A stretch of DNA of 64,000 nucleotides from Patescibacteria group bacterium (GTDB lineage: Bacteria; Patescibacteriota; JABMPQ01; JAQVVF01): contig JBAZSC010000002.1 of the NCBI GenBank assembly GCA_041662665.1, positions 5,735-69,734 on the forward strand, given 5' to 3'. The notes beneath the pieces are model-generated. The model was not told the DNA's origin. It saw nothing but the letters and a program-made list of their open reading frames with translations, and ran no database searches. Below are positions 47,396 through 57,115 of this stretch, one piece after another; within the stretch, counting starts at the first letter, position 1, and each line of letters starts with the position of its first letter. The position numbers were made by a program, and so were the translations under genes.

Positions 47396-50300
47396 TTATA
47401 CAACTATATTAATCAATCTTCCCTTTACAAAAATCATTTTCTTAATCTTTTTTCCAACAATATATTTCATAATCTTTTCTCTCTTTTGCACAAGTTCACT
47501 TGCCTTCTCTTCAGAAATATTTGTATCAACTTCCATAAAATCTCTCACTTTGCCATTGATCTGAATAATCATTTTAACTTTTTCTTCTTTCATTTTACTT
47601 TCATCAAATAATGGCCAAGATGCTTTAAAAACACTTTCCTTATTCCCAAGCGTCTCCCACATTTCTTCACAAAAATGCGGAGCAAAAGGAGACAAAATAA
47701 TTAACAAAGTCTCTATATCAATTTTAGAAATTTTATCTTTTTGCTTATCTAACAAATTCAAAAATTCCATTGATGATGCAATGATCGTATTATAATCCAA
47801 TTCCTCAACATCATGAGTTGCTTTTTTGATTAATTTATTTCTCTGAATAACAAACACATCATCCTGAGTACCTAAGGAACTAAGTACCTGAGAAACTAAA
47901 AAGAAAAGTCTACCAAAAAAACGCTCAATTCCAACAACACCTTCATCTCTAAAATCGCCACCTTGTTTTAATGGTCCGATAAACATCAAATAAGTCCTCA
48001 AAACATCAGCGCCATATTTTTCAATATATAGATCAGGATTTACAACGTTACCTTTTGATTTTGACATCTTGGCACCATCTTTAATAATCAAACCATGCGC
48101 TCGAAATTTTTTAAAAGGCTCTTCAAAATCAATCATCCCTAAATCATGTAAAACCATTGTCACAAATCTTGTATAAAGTAAATGAAGTACAGCATGCTCA
48201 TGTCCGCCAATATACATATCAACTGGCAACCATTTTTTTGTAATCTCTTTATCAAAAGGCTGATCTTTTATATCAACACTTGGATATCTCAAAAAATACC
48301 AAGATGAATCTAAGAATGTATCTGAGACATCAGTTTCTCTTTTTGCCTCTCCTCCACATTTTGGACATTTCGTATTAACAAATTCCAAATTTCGAGCAAG
48401 AGGCGATCGATCAGTTCCGTCAGGCAAATAATCATCAGTCTTTGGCAACATTACTGGCAAATCTTCTTCTGGAACTGGAATTATACCGCTATTTATAGAA
48501 TCAGGAAATTCAAAAAGTATTTCCGGCAATTCTTTAATACCAGCAGTCTCATTGAAATGTCCTTTATTCTTAAATACACTAACTTTAGCATTTAAGACTT
48601 CATAGTCCTTTTTAACTTCTAAAGGAATATATGGATCATTATCAGACAAGTAAATTACTTTTTCTTTAACTAATTTAGACAGTTCATCTAATCCGATATT
48701 CAGTTCATTGAATTCCTTAATGATTGCTAATGCCTCGTCATCACAACCAGCATTCTTCAAATTATTCCAATTTAACTCACCTTGACTATTCCCAGTAGGT
48801 GCAACTAAAATCAATTTTTCAATATTTAACTTATTTTTCAATGCAAACTGGCAAGCAGCTGGAGCACCCAAACTATGGCCAATTAAATATATCTGGTCAT
48901 CTTTTTTAATCGGTAATTTTTCCAGCGCAGAAATCCATTCATTCATCTTCGGATGCTCATTATTTGGCAAATCAGGAATTAAAACTTCATAGCCTCTATT
49001 TTCCATTTCTTGTTTAAACCAAGGGAACCAATTTTCTTTAGAATGACCATAAATTCCGTGCACTAAAATAATTTTTGGCTTTCTCTTAGCACAACTTTCA
49101 CAATAAACGATTGGAATTGGCGGTCCCCAAAATCTTTGTCTAGAAATACACCAATCGCGTAATTTATAATTAACCACTCTCTGACCCCAACTTTTTTTTT
49201 CTAAGTAGTCCATTATTTTTTTAGTCGCATCATGAATATCTAAACCATTCAAAAAATCAGAATTAATCATTTTTCCTTCTTTTTCTTGAACCTGTTTTGC
49301 TTCTATAATTTCTGAAGTATCATTATCTTTTCCAATAACAACTCGGATAATCGGCAATTTAAATTTCTTTGCAAATTCAAAATCTCTGATATCATGACCA
49401 GGCACACCGACAACTGCACCAGTACCTACATTTCCCAAAACAAAATCAGATACCCAAATCGGCATTTTCTTACCTGTCAAATTATTAATACAATAAGCTC
49501 CAGTAAAAACGCCTGTTTTTTCTCGTCCCTCTTCAATTCTGTCTTGTTCACTTTTTGCTAATGATTTCTTAACATAATCTTCAACTTCTTTTTTATGCTC
49601 ATCAGTAACCATCTCATTCAAAACTTTACTTTCTGGCGCCAATACTACAAATGTCGCACCAAAATTAGTATCTGGTCGCGTTGTAAAACAAATTATTTTC
49701 TTGTCACTGTCAACAATTTTGTATTCAATTTCTATGCCTTCTGACTTTCCAATCCAATTTTTCTGCGCTAATTTTGTCTTTTCTGTCCAATCAATTTTAT
49801 CAATATTTTTTAATAATTTTTCAGCATAATCAGTAATCTTGAAAAACCATTGGCTCATATCTTTTTTTACAACTTCTGTTTTACATCTTTCACATAAACC
49901 AGCTTCAACTTGCTCATCAGACAAAACAGTCATACAAGAAGGACACCAATTCACAGCTGCTTTCTTTTTGTATGCCAATCCTCTTTTGTACATCTGCAAA
50001 AATAGCCATTGCGTCCATTTATAATAATTTGGATCATAGGTTTCCAAAGTCTTTGACCAATCATAAGCATTACCTATCATGTGTAATTGTTCATAAAATC
50101 TTTTCTGAGTTTTTTCTGCCATCACTGCTGGATGAATCTTATTTTTAATTGCAAAATTTTCTGAATGGATACCAAAACCATCCAATCCAATTGGTTCAAA
50201 AACATCATTGCCCTTTAATCTTTGATAGCGTCCATAAATGTCTGATCCAGTAAAAGCGTACATATTTCCAACATGCAAACCTTCAGCAGATGGATATGGA

Positions 50301-50416
50301 AACATCATCAAATTATAAAAAGGTTTGGCAGATTTTTTAACATCAACCTGATAAAGCTTTTCTTCATCCCATTTTTTCTGCCACTTTTTTTCTATTTTTT
50401 TAAAATCATATTTCAT
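47396..50416 (-). CDS. leuS: leucine--tRNA ligase with an inserted alpha/beta-hydrolase domain
   Basis: MFPYPSAEGLHVGN (HIGH), FTTRPDT (CP1), DWCISRQR and KMSKS; 1006 aa. Confidence 0.95.
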   Translation of the reverse strand: MKYDFKKIEKKWQKKWDEEKLYQVDVKKSAKPFYNLMMFPYPSAEGLHVGNMYAFTGSDIYGRYQRLKGNDVFEPIGLDGFGIHSENFAIKNKIHPAVMAEKTQKRFYEQLHMIGNAYDWSKTLETYDPNYYKWTQWLFLQMYKRGLAYKKKAAVNWCPSCMTVLSDEQVEAGLCERCKTEVVKKDMSQWFFKITDYAEKLLKNIDKIDWTEKTKLAQKNWIGKSEGIEIEYKIVDSDKKIICFTTRPDTNFGATFVVLAPESKVLNEMVTDEHKKEVEDYVKKSLAKSEQDRIEEGREKTGVFTGAYCINNLTGKKMPIWVSDFVLGNVGTGAVVGVPGHDIRDFEFAKKFKLPIIRVVIGKDNDTSEIIEAKQVQEKEGKMINSDFLNGLDIHDATKKIMDYLEKKSWGQRVVNYKLRDWCISRQRFWGPPIPIVYCESCAKRKPKIILVHGIYGHSKENWFPWFKQEMENRGYEVLIPDLPNNEHPKMNEWISALEKLPIKKDDQIYLIGHSLGAPAACQFALKNKLNIEKLILVAPTGNSQGELNWNNLKNAGCDDEALAIIKEFNELNIGLDELSKLVKEKVIYLSDNDPYIPLEVKKDYEVLNAKVSVFKNKGHFNETAGIKELPEILFEFPDSINSGIIPVPEEDLPVMLPKTDDYLPDGTDRSPLARNLEFVNTKCPKCGGEAKRETDVSDTFLDSSWYFLRYPSVDIKDQPFDKEITKKWLPVDMYIGGHEHAVLHLLYTRFVTMVLHDLGMIDFEEPFKKFRAHGLIIKDGAKMSKSKGNVVNPDLYIEKYGADVLRTYLMFIGPLKQGGDFRDEGVVGIERFFGRLFFLVSQVLSSLGTQDDVFVIQRNKLIKKATHDVEELDYNTIIASSMEFLNLLDKQKDKISKIDIETLLIILSPFAPHFCEEMWETLGNKESVFKASWPLFDESKMKEEKVKMIIQINGKVRDFMEVDTNISEEKASELVQKREKIMKYIVGKKIKKMIFVKGRLINIVV

Positions 50417-50462
50417 AGTATTCGAAAAATAATTCGATAAATTCGAAAATTAATTAGAGTGT

Positions 50463-50705
50463 TTAATTCGGTAATTCTTTCTCTTTCTTCTTTTTAATTA
50501 CTGGCCTTTCCTTTGGCATGCCTGGATTAAAAGGATTTTCATTCTTTTTTTCCTTGTTTGGAATTATTTCCAATTCCGACTCAGGACCATATTCTGGACG
50601 CTGAGGTCTTTCCTCGCGTTCTTCCTGTTCTCGTTTTTCATCTTGTTTTGGAACTCCCATTTCATTCTCATCTTCGCCAAAAATATTTACTTTTTCTACT
50701 GACAT
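50463..50705 (-). CDS. small charged hypothetical protein
   Basis: 80-aa E/K/P-rich ORF filling the gap between tatD and leuS. Confidence 0.55.
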   Translation of the reverse strand: MSVEKVNIFGEDENEMGVPKQDEKREQEEREERPQRPEYGPESELEIIPNKEKKNENPFNPGMPKERPVIKKKKEKELPN

Positions 50706-50821
50706 AAATTTATAATGAATTATGAATTAAGAATAATGAATCAAGATTAGAATAAAGAATAATGAATCGAGAATTCATAATTCACAACTCATCCTTCAAA
50801 TCATAATTCTTAATTCATGAT

Positions 50822-51580
50822 TCATAATTCAAATAACTTAACTGCATTTTCAGTCGTTTTCTTCTCCACCTCATCAAAATTAATTCCTTTAATCTCTGCA
50901 ATCTTTTTAATTACATATTTCACATACATTGGCTCATTTCTTTCTCCTCGAAAAATTTGTGGAGTTAAATATGGACAATCAGTCTCAACCATTATTTTAT
51001 CTAATGACATTTTTTTGACAACTTCCAATACTTCTTCTTTCTTTTTATATGTAATTGCACCAGTAAATGAAATATAAAATCCTAAATCCAAAAATTTTTG
51101 CGCCATTTGCCAGTTGCTCAGATAACAATGCATTACTCCTTTAGCTTGTTTATCTTTCAAAATTTCATATGCATCTTCATAAGCATCTCGGCAATGGATA
51201 ATCAATGGTAAATTTAATTCTTTAGCAATCTCAATTTCAGCAATAAATAATTTCTTCTGTTGTTCAATATTTTTTGGATCCTTAGTGTAAAAATAATCTA
51301 ATCCGCATTCACCAATCGCCACTACTTTTTTAGTCTTTGCTAATTTAATAAAATTTTCCCTAAAATTATTATCAAAATCTTTCAAATCTTCTGGATGTAC
51401 GCCAACAGTTGCAAAAATATCCTCATTATTTTCTGCAATCAGAATTGCTTGCTTACTTCGATCTAAATTTGCTCCAACATTAATAATTTTTTCTAGTCCA
51501 TTCGCAAACGACCTTTTAATTACTTCATCTCGATCATTATCATAATCTTTAAAATCAAGATGCGCATGTGTATCAATCAT
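50822..51580 (-). CDS. tatD: TatD family DNase
   Basis: IDTHAH, GVHP, IGECGLDY, IIHCR and ETDCPYL. Confidence 0.93.
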   Translation of the reverse strand: MIDTHAHLDFKDYDNDRDEVIKRSFANGLEKIINVGANLDRSKQAILIAENNEDIFATVGVHPEDLKDFDNNFRENFIKLAKTKKVVAIGECGLDYFYTKDPKNIEQQKKLFIAEIEIAKELNLPLIIHCRDAYEDAYEILKDKQAKGVMHCYLSNWQMAQKFLDLGFYISFTGAITYKKKEEVLEVVKKMSLDKIMVETDCPYLTPQIFRGERNEPMYVKYVIKKIAEIKGINFDEVEKKTTENAVKLFEL

Positions 51581-51625
51581 ATTTTTAACTTTTTACTTTA
51601 TTTTTGACTTTAGATTTTAAATTCG

Positions 51626-51949
51626 TTAATTCTTCAGACCAGTACATCGCCAATTAATCTCAGCAGTCTTTTTTTTGACATCAATCACACAAGCCGGACT
51701 ACAACCTTCTTTTTTAGTTTTTAAATCAATCCACCAAGTTCCAGTATTTTCATTGCAAGAAATTTTTGTTGTTAATCCTTCTTGGTTGCAACTACTTGCT
51801 TGAGCAATTTTTAAAGCATCACTTTGTTTCATTCCAGCAGAATCTTTCTTTGTTCCACAACTAAAATCTTCAATATTATTCGATGCACATCCACTCAAAA
51901 TCAAAGAAGCAAATAATAAACATCCAGCAAAAACAATTTTTTTTCTCAT
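51626..51949 (-). CDS. Cys-rich lipoprotein
   Basis: Lipobox LSGC; CNENTGTWW...GCSPACV...EINWRCTG. Confidence 0.75.
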   Translation of the reverse strand: MRKKIVFAGCLLFASLILSGCASNNIEDFSCGTKKDSAGMKQSDALKIAQASSCNQEGLTTKISCNENTGTWWIDLKTKKEGCSPACVIDVKKKTAEINWRCTGLKN

Positions 51950-51994
51950 AATTTTATATGTTATTTGAGTTAAAAAATCCTAAGCCCTAAGAAA

Positions 51995-52339
51995 CTAACA
52001 AGTAATATGGAAAAATCCAACAACATCCCTACCCTCTTTTTCCAATCTATTATATTCTGCAACTGCTTTCGTAGTATCAGAAATTATAACTTCTAATCCT
52101 TTTTCTTTAAAAAATTCCTTTGTTGCATCAGGTACTTGCATTTCTCCTCCATCGCCTGTACCAATTACCACAAATTTATCTTCTTCATCAATATAATCTT
52201 TTACATCAATCACTCTTAATTCATGCCCTTCTTCTCGAAACCATTCCTTTGCCAAAATTTCGCCTGGCTTAATCACAATATCTGATTTATATTCTTTGCC
52301 ATCAATTAACATTAAACCAAATTCATATCTTTCTATCAT
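51995..52339 (-). CDS. Mth938-like (DUF498) protein
   Basis: IERYEFG...IDGKEY..D, VIGTG, T..AV.EYN and FHITC. Confidence 0.85.
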   Translation of the reverse strand: MIERYEFGLMLIDGKEYKSDIVIKPGEILAKEWFREEGHELRVIDVKDYIDEEDKFVVIGTGDGGEMQVPDATKEFFKEKGLEVIISDTTKAVAEYNRLEKEGRDVVGFFHITC

Positions 52340-52438
52340 ATAATTTTTTCCTTAATTTAATTCTAATATTATTTAAAAAAATTTTGAGGTTTAAAATGTC
52401 AAACGTTCAAGCGACCAAGTGTCAAGGATTCAAATATA

Positions 52439-53518
52439 TTAGCGGGACAAAGAAACGCCCAAATCAGAATCAGCATTAACAGGCCCCCACCTAACCACAA
52501 ACGCACCCTGAGCACCAGAGCCACCAAAACCAACACCAACTAACCCCCCACCAGACGAGCACTTTGCATACTTTGCAGTTCTAGCAGAAGCATTCGTCAA
52601 AACGCTTTTTTTAGCTGTATGAATAAAAATAACTTCTAAGGGATTAATTCTGTATTTCTGATTGATTCTAAGCTCAGATAATCGTTCAGCTGCTTTTTTC
52701 CAATTTCTTGCCATAAGCTGAGTTAATTCTGTCAATTTTGCATCACTGCATTCACTTAACTCATCAGCTGTTGCCAAGTTGTTTTGTCTTAAGTATTCTC
52801 TCAAAAATCTCGTTTCCTCAACATAGTTCTTGTTATTAGATCCTTCAATATTACCCTTGCTTAATAATTTCCAAGATAACTGATTTGAATCAGCTGTAAA
52901 AAAATCTTCTTTGTTACTGTCATTATAAAACCAACATTTATCAGTACCAATTTCACCAAAAAACAATTTTCCCAAACCTCGTCTCTCCATTTCTGGCTGA
53001 AACCTTTCCCATAAACTTTTCATTGTTACAAGCGTACCATCTTTGAATTTATCTGGAAAAAGAAAAAGCTGGAATCTTTCACGCAATTCTTCTTTCGATG
53101 TTCTTCTGATTAAATCTCTGATTTGCGGATCATTTAATTTTTCACGTAACATTTGATTAATTTTTTGTCTTTCTTCTGGTGTATATTCAAATAGATTTTC
53201 AACATTTCCATTCTCATCTTGAACTGTAAAATATGCTTCTATTTCATCTGGTCCCATATAATTTTCTTCACCAAATAGTCTTTTTGCTTCAATTCTTGGA
53301 TCCGATTCAACCATTTTTTCTAATGCTTCTTTCAATTTTGAAACTTGCTCAAGCAACACTGGCTCGTCTCCTTCAAGCGCTTTTGCAATTTTATCAGCTT
53401 CAGCAACAAACTGATTTAATTGTTCTGTTTTTGCAATTTCAAAACCTGGAGTCTGTTTTTCTTTTCCAGGCCCATTAATATCGGCTAGTTGCGGTGATTG
53501 TTCTGGTGATAATGACAT
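52439..53518 (-). CDS. putative DGR target protein with a C-terminal CLec-like variable region
   Basis: C-terminus SSGGGLVGVG...GAFVVRWGPVNADSDLGVSLSR; only 7 A in the last ~120 coding nt. Confidence 0.7.
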   Translation of the reverse strand: MSLSPEQSPQLADINGPGKEKQTPGFEIAKTEQLNQFVAEADKIAKALEGDEPVLLEQVSKLKEALEKMVESDPRIEAKRLFGEENYMGPDEIEAYFTVQDENGNVENLFEYTPEERQKINQMLREKLNDPQIRDLIRRTSKEELRERFQLFLFPDKFKDGTLVTMKSLWERFQPEMERRGLGKLFFGEIGTDKCWFYNDSNKEDFFTADSNQLSWKLLSKGNIEGSNNKNYVEETRFLREYLRQNNLATADELSECSDAKLTELTQLMARNWKKAAERLSELRINQKYRINPLEVIFIHTAKKSVLTNASARTAKYAKCSSGGGLVGVGFGGSGAQGAFVVRWGPVNADSDLGVSLSR

Positions 53519-53575
53519 TATTATAATTAATTGTATTTTATAATCCTAAGTTCCTAAGAACCTAAGTACCTAAAA

Positions 53576-55090
53576 TTAAATACGTGGAAATAAAGCTTGG
53601 CCTTTTTTAACTTGTAAATCTAAATCAAATCGTTTCCACTTTTTCAATTTAGCATACTCTAATTTACTCTCCTCTTCCCACATCGAAAATTGTGTCAAAA
53701 TCTTTTCTACTGTTTCGGGCAAAAATGGATAAATCATCCAAGCAACATGTCTAATTATTTCAATTAAATTTAACAAAACCATTGTTGCCTTTTCATCATC
53801 CGATCCTATTAATTCCCATGGTTTTTCAACAGATATATATTCATTAGCAAATTTTACTAAACTAAACGTTGATTTCAAACTTTGATCAACTTTATTCTCT
53901 TCCATGAATTTTTCATAATTTTTCCAAGCATTAGCAACCAATCTTACAGCTTCTTTATTTGCCAAAACATTATTTTTATTTTTTTTCAAATCTAATTTCA
54001 AATACATTGCTGTAACTCTGCTCACCAAATTTCCTAAACCATTTGCCAAATTAGCATTAAATTGTTCATCAAATTTTTCTGCTTTAACATCACCATCTTG
54101 ACCAAAAGGAAATTGAGAAATAATCAAAAATCTCGTTGCATCAGAACCATATTTTTTTACCAAATCATTTGGATCAATTGTATTACCAATCGTCTTGCTC
54201 ATTTTTTGACCGTTCACAGTAAAATAACCATTAGCAAAAATTTGTTTTGGTACAGAAAGATTTAAAGCTAATAACATAGCTGGCCAATAGATCGCATGAA
54301 ATTTAATTATATCTTTACCCATCAGCTGCAAATTTGCTGGCCAATATTTTCTAAATTTTGAATCATCAACATTTCCATATCCTAAAGCAGTAATATAATT
54401 TGATAATGCATCAACCCAAACATAAATCACTTGGCTTTCATCCCATGGCACTTTTATACCCCAAGTTACTTTTTCACGAGATACAGAAAAATTTTCTAAC
54501 TCCTGCTTAAATAATCCCAATACTTCAGTCTTAATATTTTCTGGCTCAATCTTAATTTTATCTGTCTCAATTAATTCTTGAACCTTTTTAGCATACTTGT
54601 CTAATTTGAAAAAATAATTTTTTTCCGAAATTTTGTCTGGACAAATTTTGTGATCAGGACATTTACCATCAACTAATTCTTTTTCAGTCAAAAACTTTTC
54701 ACAACCAGTACAATATAATCCCTCATATGATCCTTCATAAATTGCATCTGCTTCTTTCAATTTTTCAATAAATTTCTTTGCTCCAATTTCATGACGTTCA
54801 TCTGTTGTCCTAATAAAATCGTTATTGGAAATATTTAATGCATCCCAAAGTGAAGTATACAAAGCAGAAATTTCATCACAAAATTGTTTTGGAGTTTTGC
54901 CAACTTTTTCAGCAGACTTTGCTACTTTTGCGCCGTGCTCATCAGTGCCAGTCAAAAAAAATACTTCGTCACCAATAAAGCGATGATATCTAGCTAAAAT
55001 ATCAGCTGCAATCGTTGTATAAGCATGACCAAGATGAGGCTTGTCATTCACGTAATAAATTGGAGTTGTTATATAAAATTTCTTTGTCAT
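53576..55090 (-). CDS. metG: methionine--tRNA ligase
   Basis: YITTPIYYVNDKPHLGH, GTDEHG, YVWVDAL, GKDI and KMSKT. Confidence 0.96.
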   Translation of the reverse strand: MTKKFYITTPIYYVNDKPHLGHAYTTIAADILARYHRFIGDEVFFLTGTDEHGAKVAKSAEKVGKTPKQFCDEISALYTSLWDALNISNNDFIRTTDERHEIGAKKFIEKLKEADAIYEGSYEGLYCTGCEKFLTEKELVDGKCPDHKICPDKISEKNYFFKLDKYAKKVQELIETDKIKIEPENIKTEVLGLFKQELENFSVSREKVTWGIKVPWDESQVIYVWVDALSNYITALGYGNVDDSKFRKYWPANLQLMGKDIIKFHAIYWPAMLLALNLSVPKQIFANGYFTVNGQKMSKTIGNTIDPNDLVKKYGSDATRFLIISQFPFGQDGDVKAEKFDEQFNANLANGLGNLVSRVTAMYLKLDLKKNKNNVLANKEAVRLVANAWKNYEKFMEENKVDQSLKSTFSLVKFANEYISVEKPWELIGSDDEKATMVLLNLIEIIRHVAWMIYPFLPETVEKILTQFSMWEEESKLEYAKLKKWKRFDLDLQVKKGQALFPRI

Positions 55091-55095
55091 AAATA

Positions 55096-55749
55096 TTAAT
55101 TTTTTATTACCACTACAAACTCTCCTTTTTCTTTAACTTTATCCATAATTTCTGAAACTTTTCCTCGATACACTTCTTCAAACATTTTTGTCAATTCACG
55201 AGCCACAAATACTTCTTTATCGCCAAGTTTCTCTAAAATATCATTTAATGTTTTTTTGATTCTAAATGGCGACTCATAAAATATTATCAATCTTTTTTCT
55301 GTCTGTAAAGATTTAAACATTGTTTCTCTGCCTTTTTTCTTTGGCAAAAAACCCAAAAAAACAAATTCATTAGTATTAAAACCAGAAATAGAAATAGCCG
55401 AAATACAAGCTGAAACTCCAGGAATAGATATTACTTTAATATTATTTTTATACGCTTCATTAACCAAAACATCTCCAGGATCAGAAATAGTTGGCGTTCC
55501 TGCGTCAGAAACTAAAGCAATATTTTTGCCGTTTTTTAATTCATTAATCAACAAATCAATTTTCTGCAATTTGCTATATTGATGATAAGAAATTAATGTT
55601 TTACTAATTTCATACCTCGCCAATAATTTTGAAGTCACTCTAGTATCTTCACAAGCAATCAAATCAACGCTCTTCAGAATCTCTAAAGCGCGCAAAGTAA
55701 TATCTTTCAAATTTCCAATTGGCGTTCCAACCACATACAATATTCCCAT
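55096..55749 (-). CDS. rsmI: 16S rRNA (cytidine1402-2'-O)-methyltransferase
   Basis: TPIGNLKDITLRA, ACEDTR, SDAGTP.ISDPG, YESP and RELTK. Confidence 0.95.
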   Translation of the reverse strand: MGILYVVGTPIGNLKDITLRALEILKSVDLIACEDTRVTSKLLARYEISKTLISYHQYSKLQKIDLLINELKNGKNIALVSDAGTPTISDPGDVLVNEAYKNNIKVISIPGVSACISAISISGFNTNEFVFLGFLPKKKGRETMFKSLQTEKRLIIFYESPFRIKKTLNDILEKLGDKEVFVARELTKMFEEVYRGKVSEIMDKVKEKGEFVVVIKN

Positions 55750-55759
55750 AATTTAACTC

Positions 55760-55862
55760 GTCATCCTGAACCGTAGCGAAGGATCCCGTTAATCAACAAA
55801 AAATCACGGGATTCTTCGGCATTAAATTTGTTGATATCAACAAATTTAATCCTCAGAATGAC
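55760..55862. repeat. GTCATCCTGA...CTCAGAATGAC palindromic element with an internal 30-bp perfect palindrome
   Basis: Terminal inverted repeats; GATCCCG/CGGGATT inner stem; ATTAAATTTGTTGAT/ATCAACAAATTTAAT at 55821-55850. Confidence 0.7.
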
Positions 55863-55943
55863 AATATTAATTTTATTTCAGCGTCAAATCAATGTTAGCA
55901 ATCAGCGCCGCATCAGCGTTCGAAATCAGCGTCAAATCCGCTT

Positions 55944-57098
55944 CTACGAAACATCTTTCTTCTCTGGCGGAATCTCTGTTGTCCTTTTCGTAATATCTTC
56001 TTTTTCAACTTTTACACCTGCTAATTTTGGTTCACAAAGTTCTGTTTTTAACTTGTCCTCATCTTTTTTATCTCTCTCGTCAAACATATCTCGTAAAAAA
56101 ACAGACAATAAAGTTGCAGCTGGAACAGCCACTATTGCACCCAAAATTCCAGCTAATTTCACAGCAACTAATATAACTAAAATAATCACTAACGGATTTA
56201 ATCCAACAACCTTTTGCATTATTTTCGGAACTAAAAGATGATTTTCCAATTGCTGAACTAAAAAATATAAGATTATAACAAACAAAGCCAACAAAGGAGA
56301 TTGTGCTGATGCAATCAAAACTGCTGGAATAGCAGAAATTACTGGACCGATATAAGGTATAACCTCTAAAAGACCCGCAACTAATGCTAATACCAAAGCA
56401 TATTTAACACCCATCAGAGATAAACCTATATATATTACAACTCCGATAATTAATCCTAATAACAACTGACCTCTCAACCATTTACCAACCTGAAGCTGCA
56501 TTCTACCAACCAAATCTTCAACATAAGGACGATGGCGGAATGGCACGATTGATCTAATAAATTTTTTAAAGCTTCCTTCTTCAACAATAAAATAAAATGA
56601 CAAAACAAAAATCATGACAACCGATAAAATTCCACCAAATAAACCAGAAATCCAACCGTAAACACTTGATGCTGCACCTCCTACTTTATCCTCTAATGAA
56701 GTCAGGATTTCTTTTGCCTTATCTAGACTCTGCTCTTGAGAATACCCCGTAAATTGCGAAATTTTTTCAAAAACAGTTTGGAAATAATTTGGCAAAACCT
56801 CAATTAGTTGCCTTGTCTGCTCAATCAATGGCGGAACTAAAAGATAAAAAATCAAAGCAATCAAGCCAAGTAAAATCAAGAAAAGAAAAAGAGAACTGAT
56901 ACCACGAGGAATTCTTTTTTTCTGAAGCCAATCAATTACTGGATCTAATCCAGAAGCAATCACAATAGCAACAAAAATCAATAGCAGAATATCCTTGACT
57001 GCAAATAAAAACATCAACAATAAAACTATCAACACTGCCCTCAAAAAAGTAGCGTAAGAAACATCAAAAACTACTTTACGATCTAAAAATTTTTGCAT
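55944..57098 (-). CDS. AI-2E family transporter
   Basis: WLRGQL, IPYIGP, QQLENHLLVPKIM and GAIVAVP. Confidence 0.9.
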   Translation of the reverse strand: MQKFLDRKVVFDVSYATFLRAVLIVLLLMFLFAVKDILLLIFVAIVIASGLDPVIDWLQKKRIPRGISSLFLFLILLGLIALIFYLLVPPLIEQTRQLIEVLPNYFQTVFEKISQFTGYSQEQSLDKAKEILTSLEDKVGGAASSVYGWISGLFGGILSVVMIFVLSFYFIVEEGSFKKFIRSIVPFRHRPYVEDLVGRMQLQVGKWLRGQLLLGLIIGVVIYIGLSLMGVKYALVLALVAGLLEVIPYIGPVISAIPAVLIASAQSPLLALFVIILYFLVQQLENHLLVPKIMQKVVGLNPLVIILVILVAVKLAGILGAIVAVPAATLLSVFLRDMFDERDKKDEDKLKTELCEPKLAGVKVEKEDITKRTTEIPPEKKDVS

Positions 57099-57115
57099 AT
57101 AAATTTATATTAAAA

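Noticed and set aside
48490-49090. Intein in leuS
   Set aside because: There is no N-terminal Cys/Ser block or C-terminal His-Asn; the insert has an alpha/beta-hydrolase signature.
55828-56241. Plus-strand 137-aa ORF and similar antisense ORFs within core genes
   Set aside because: They are antisense shadows or repeat-derived, with no supporting motifs.
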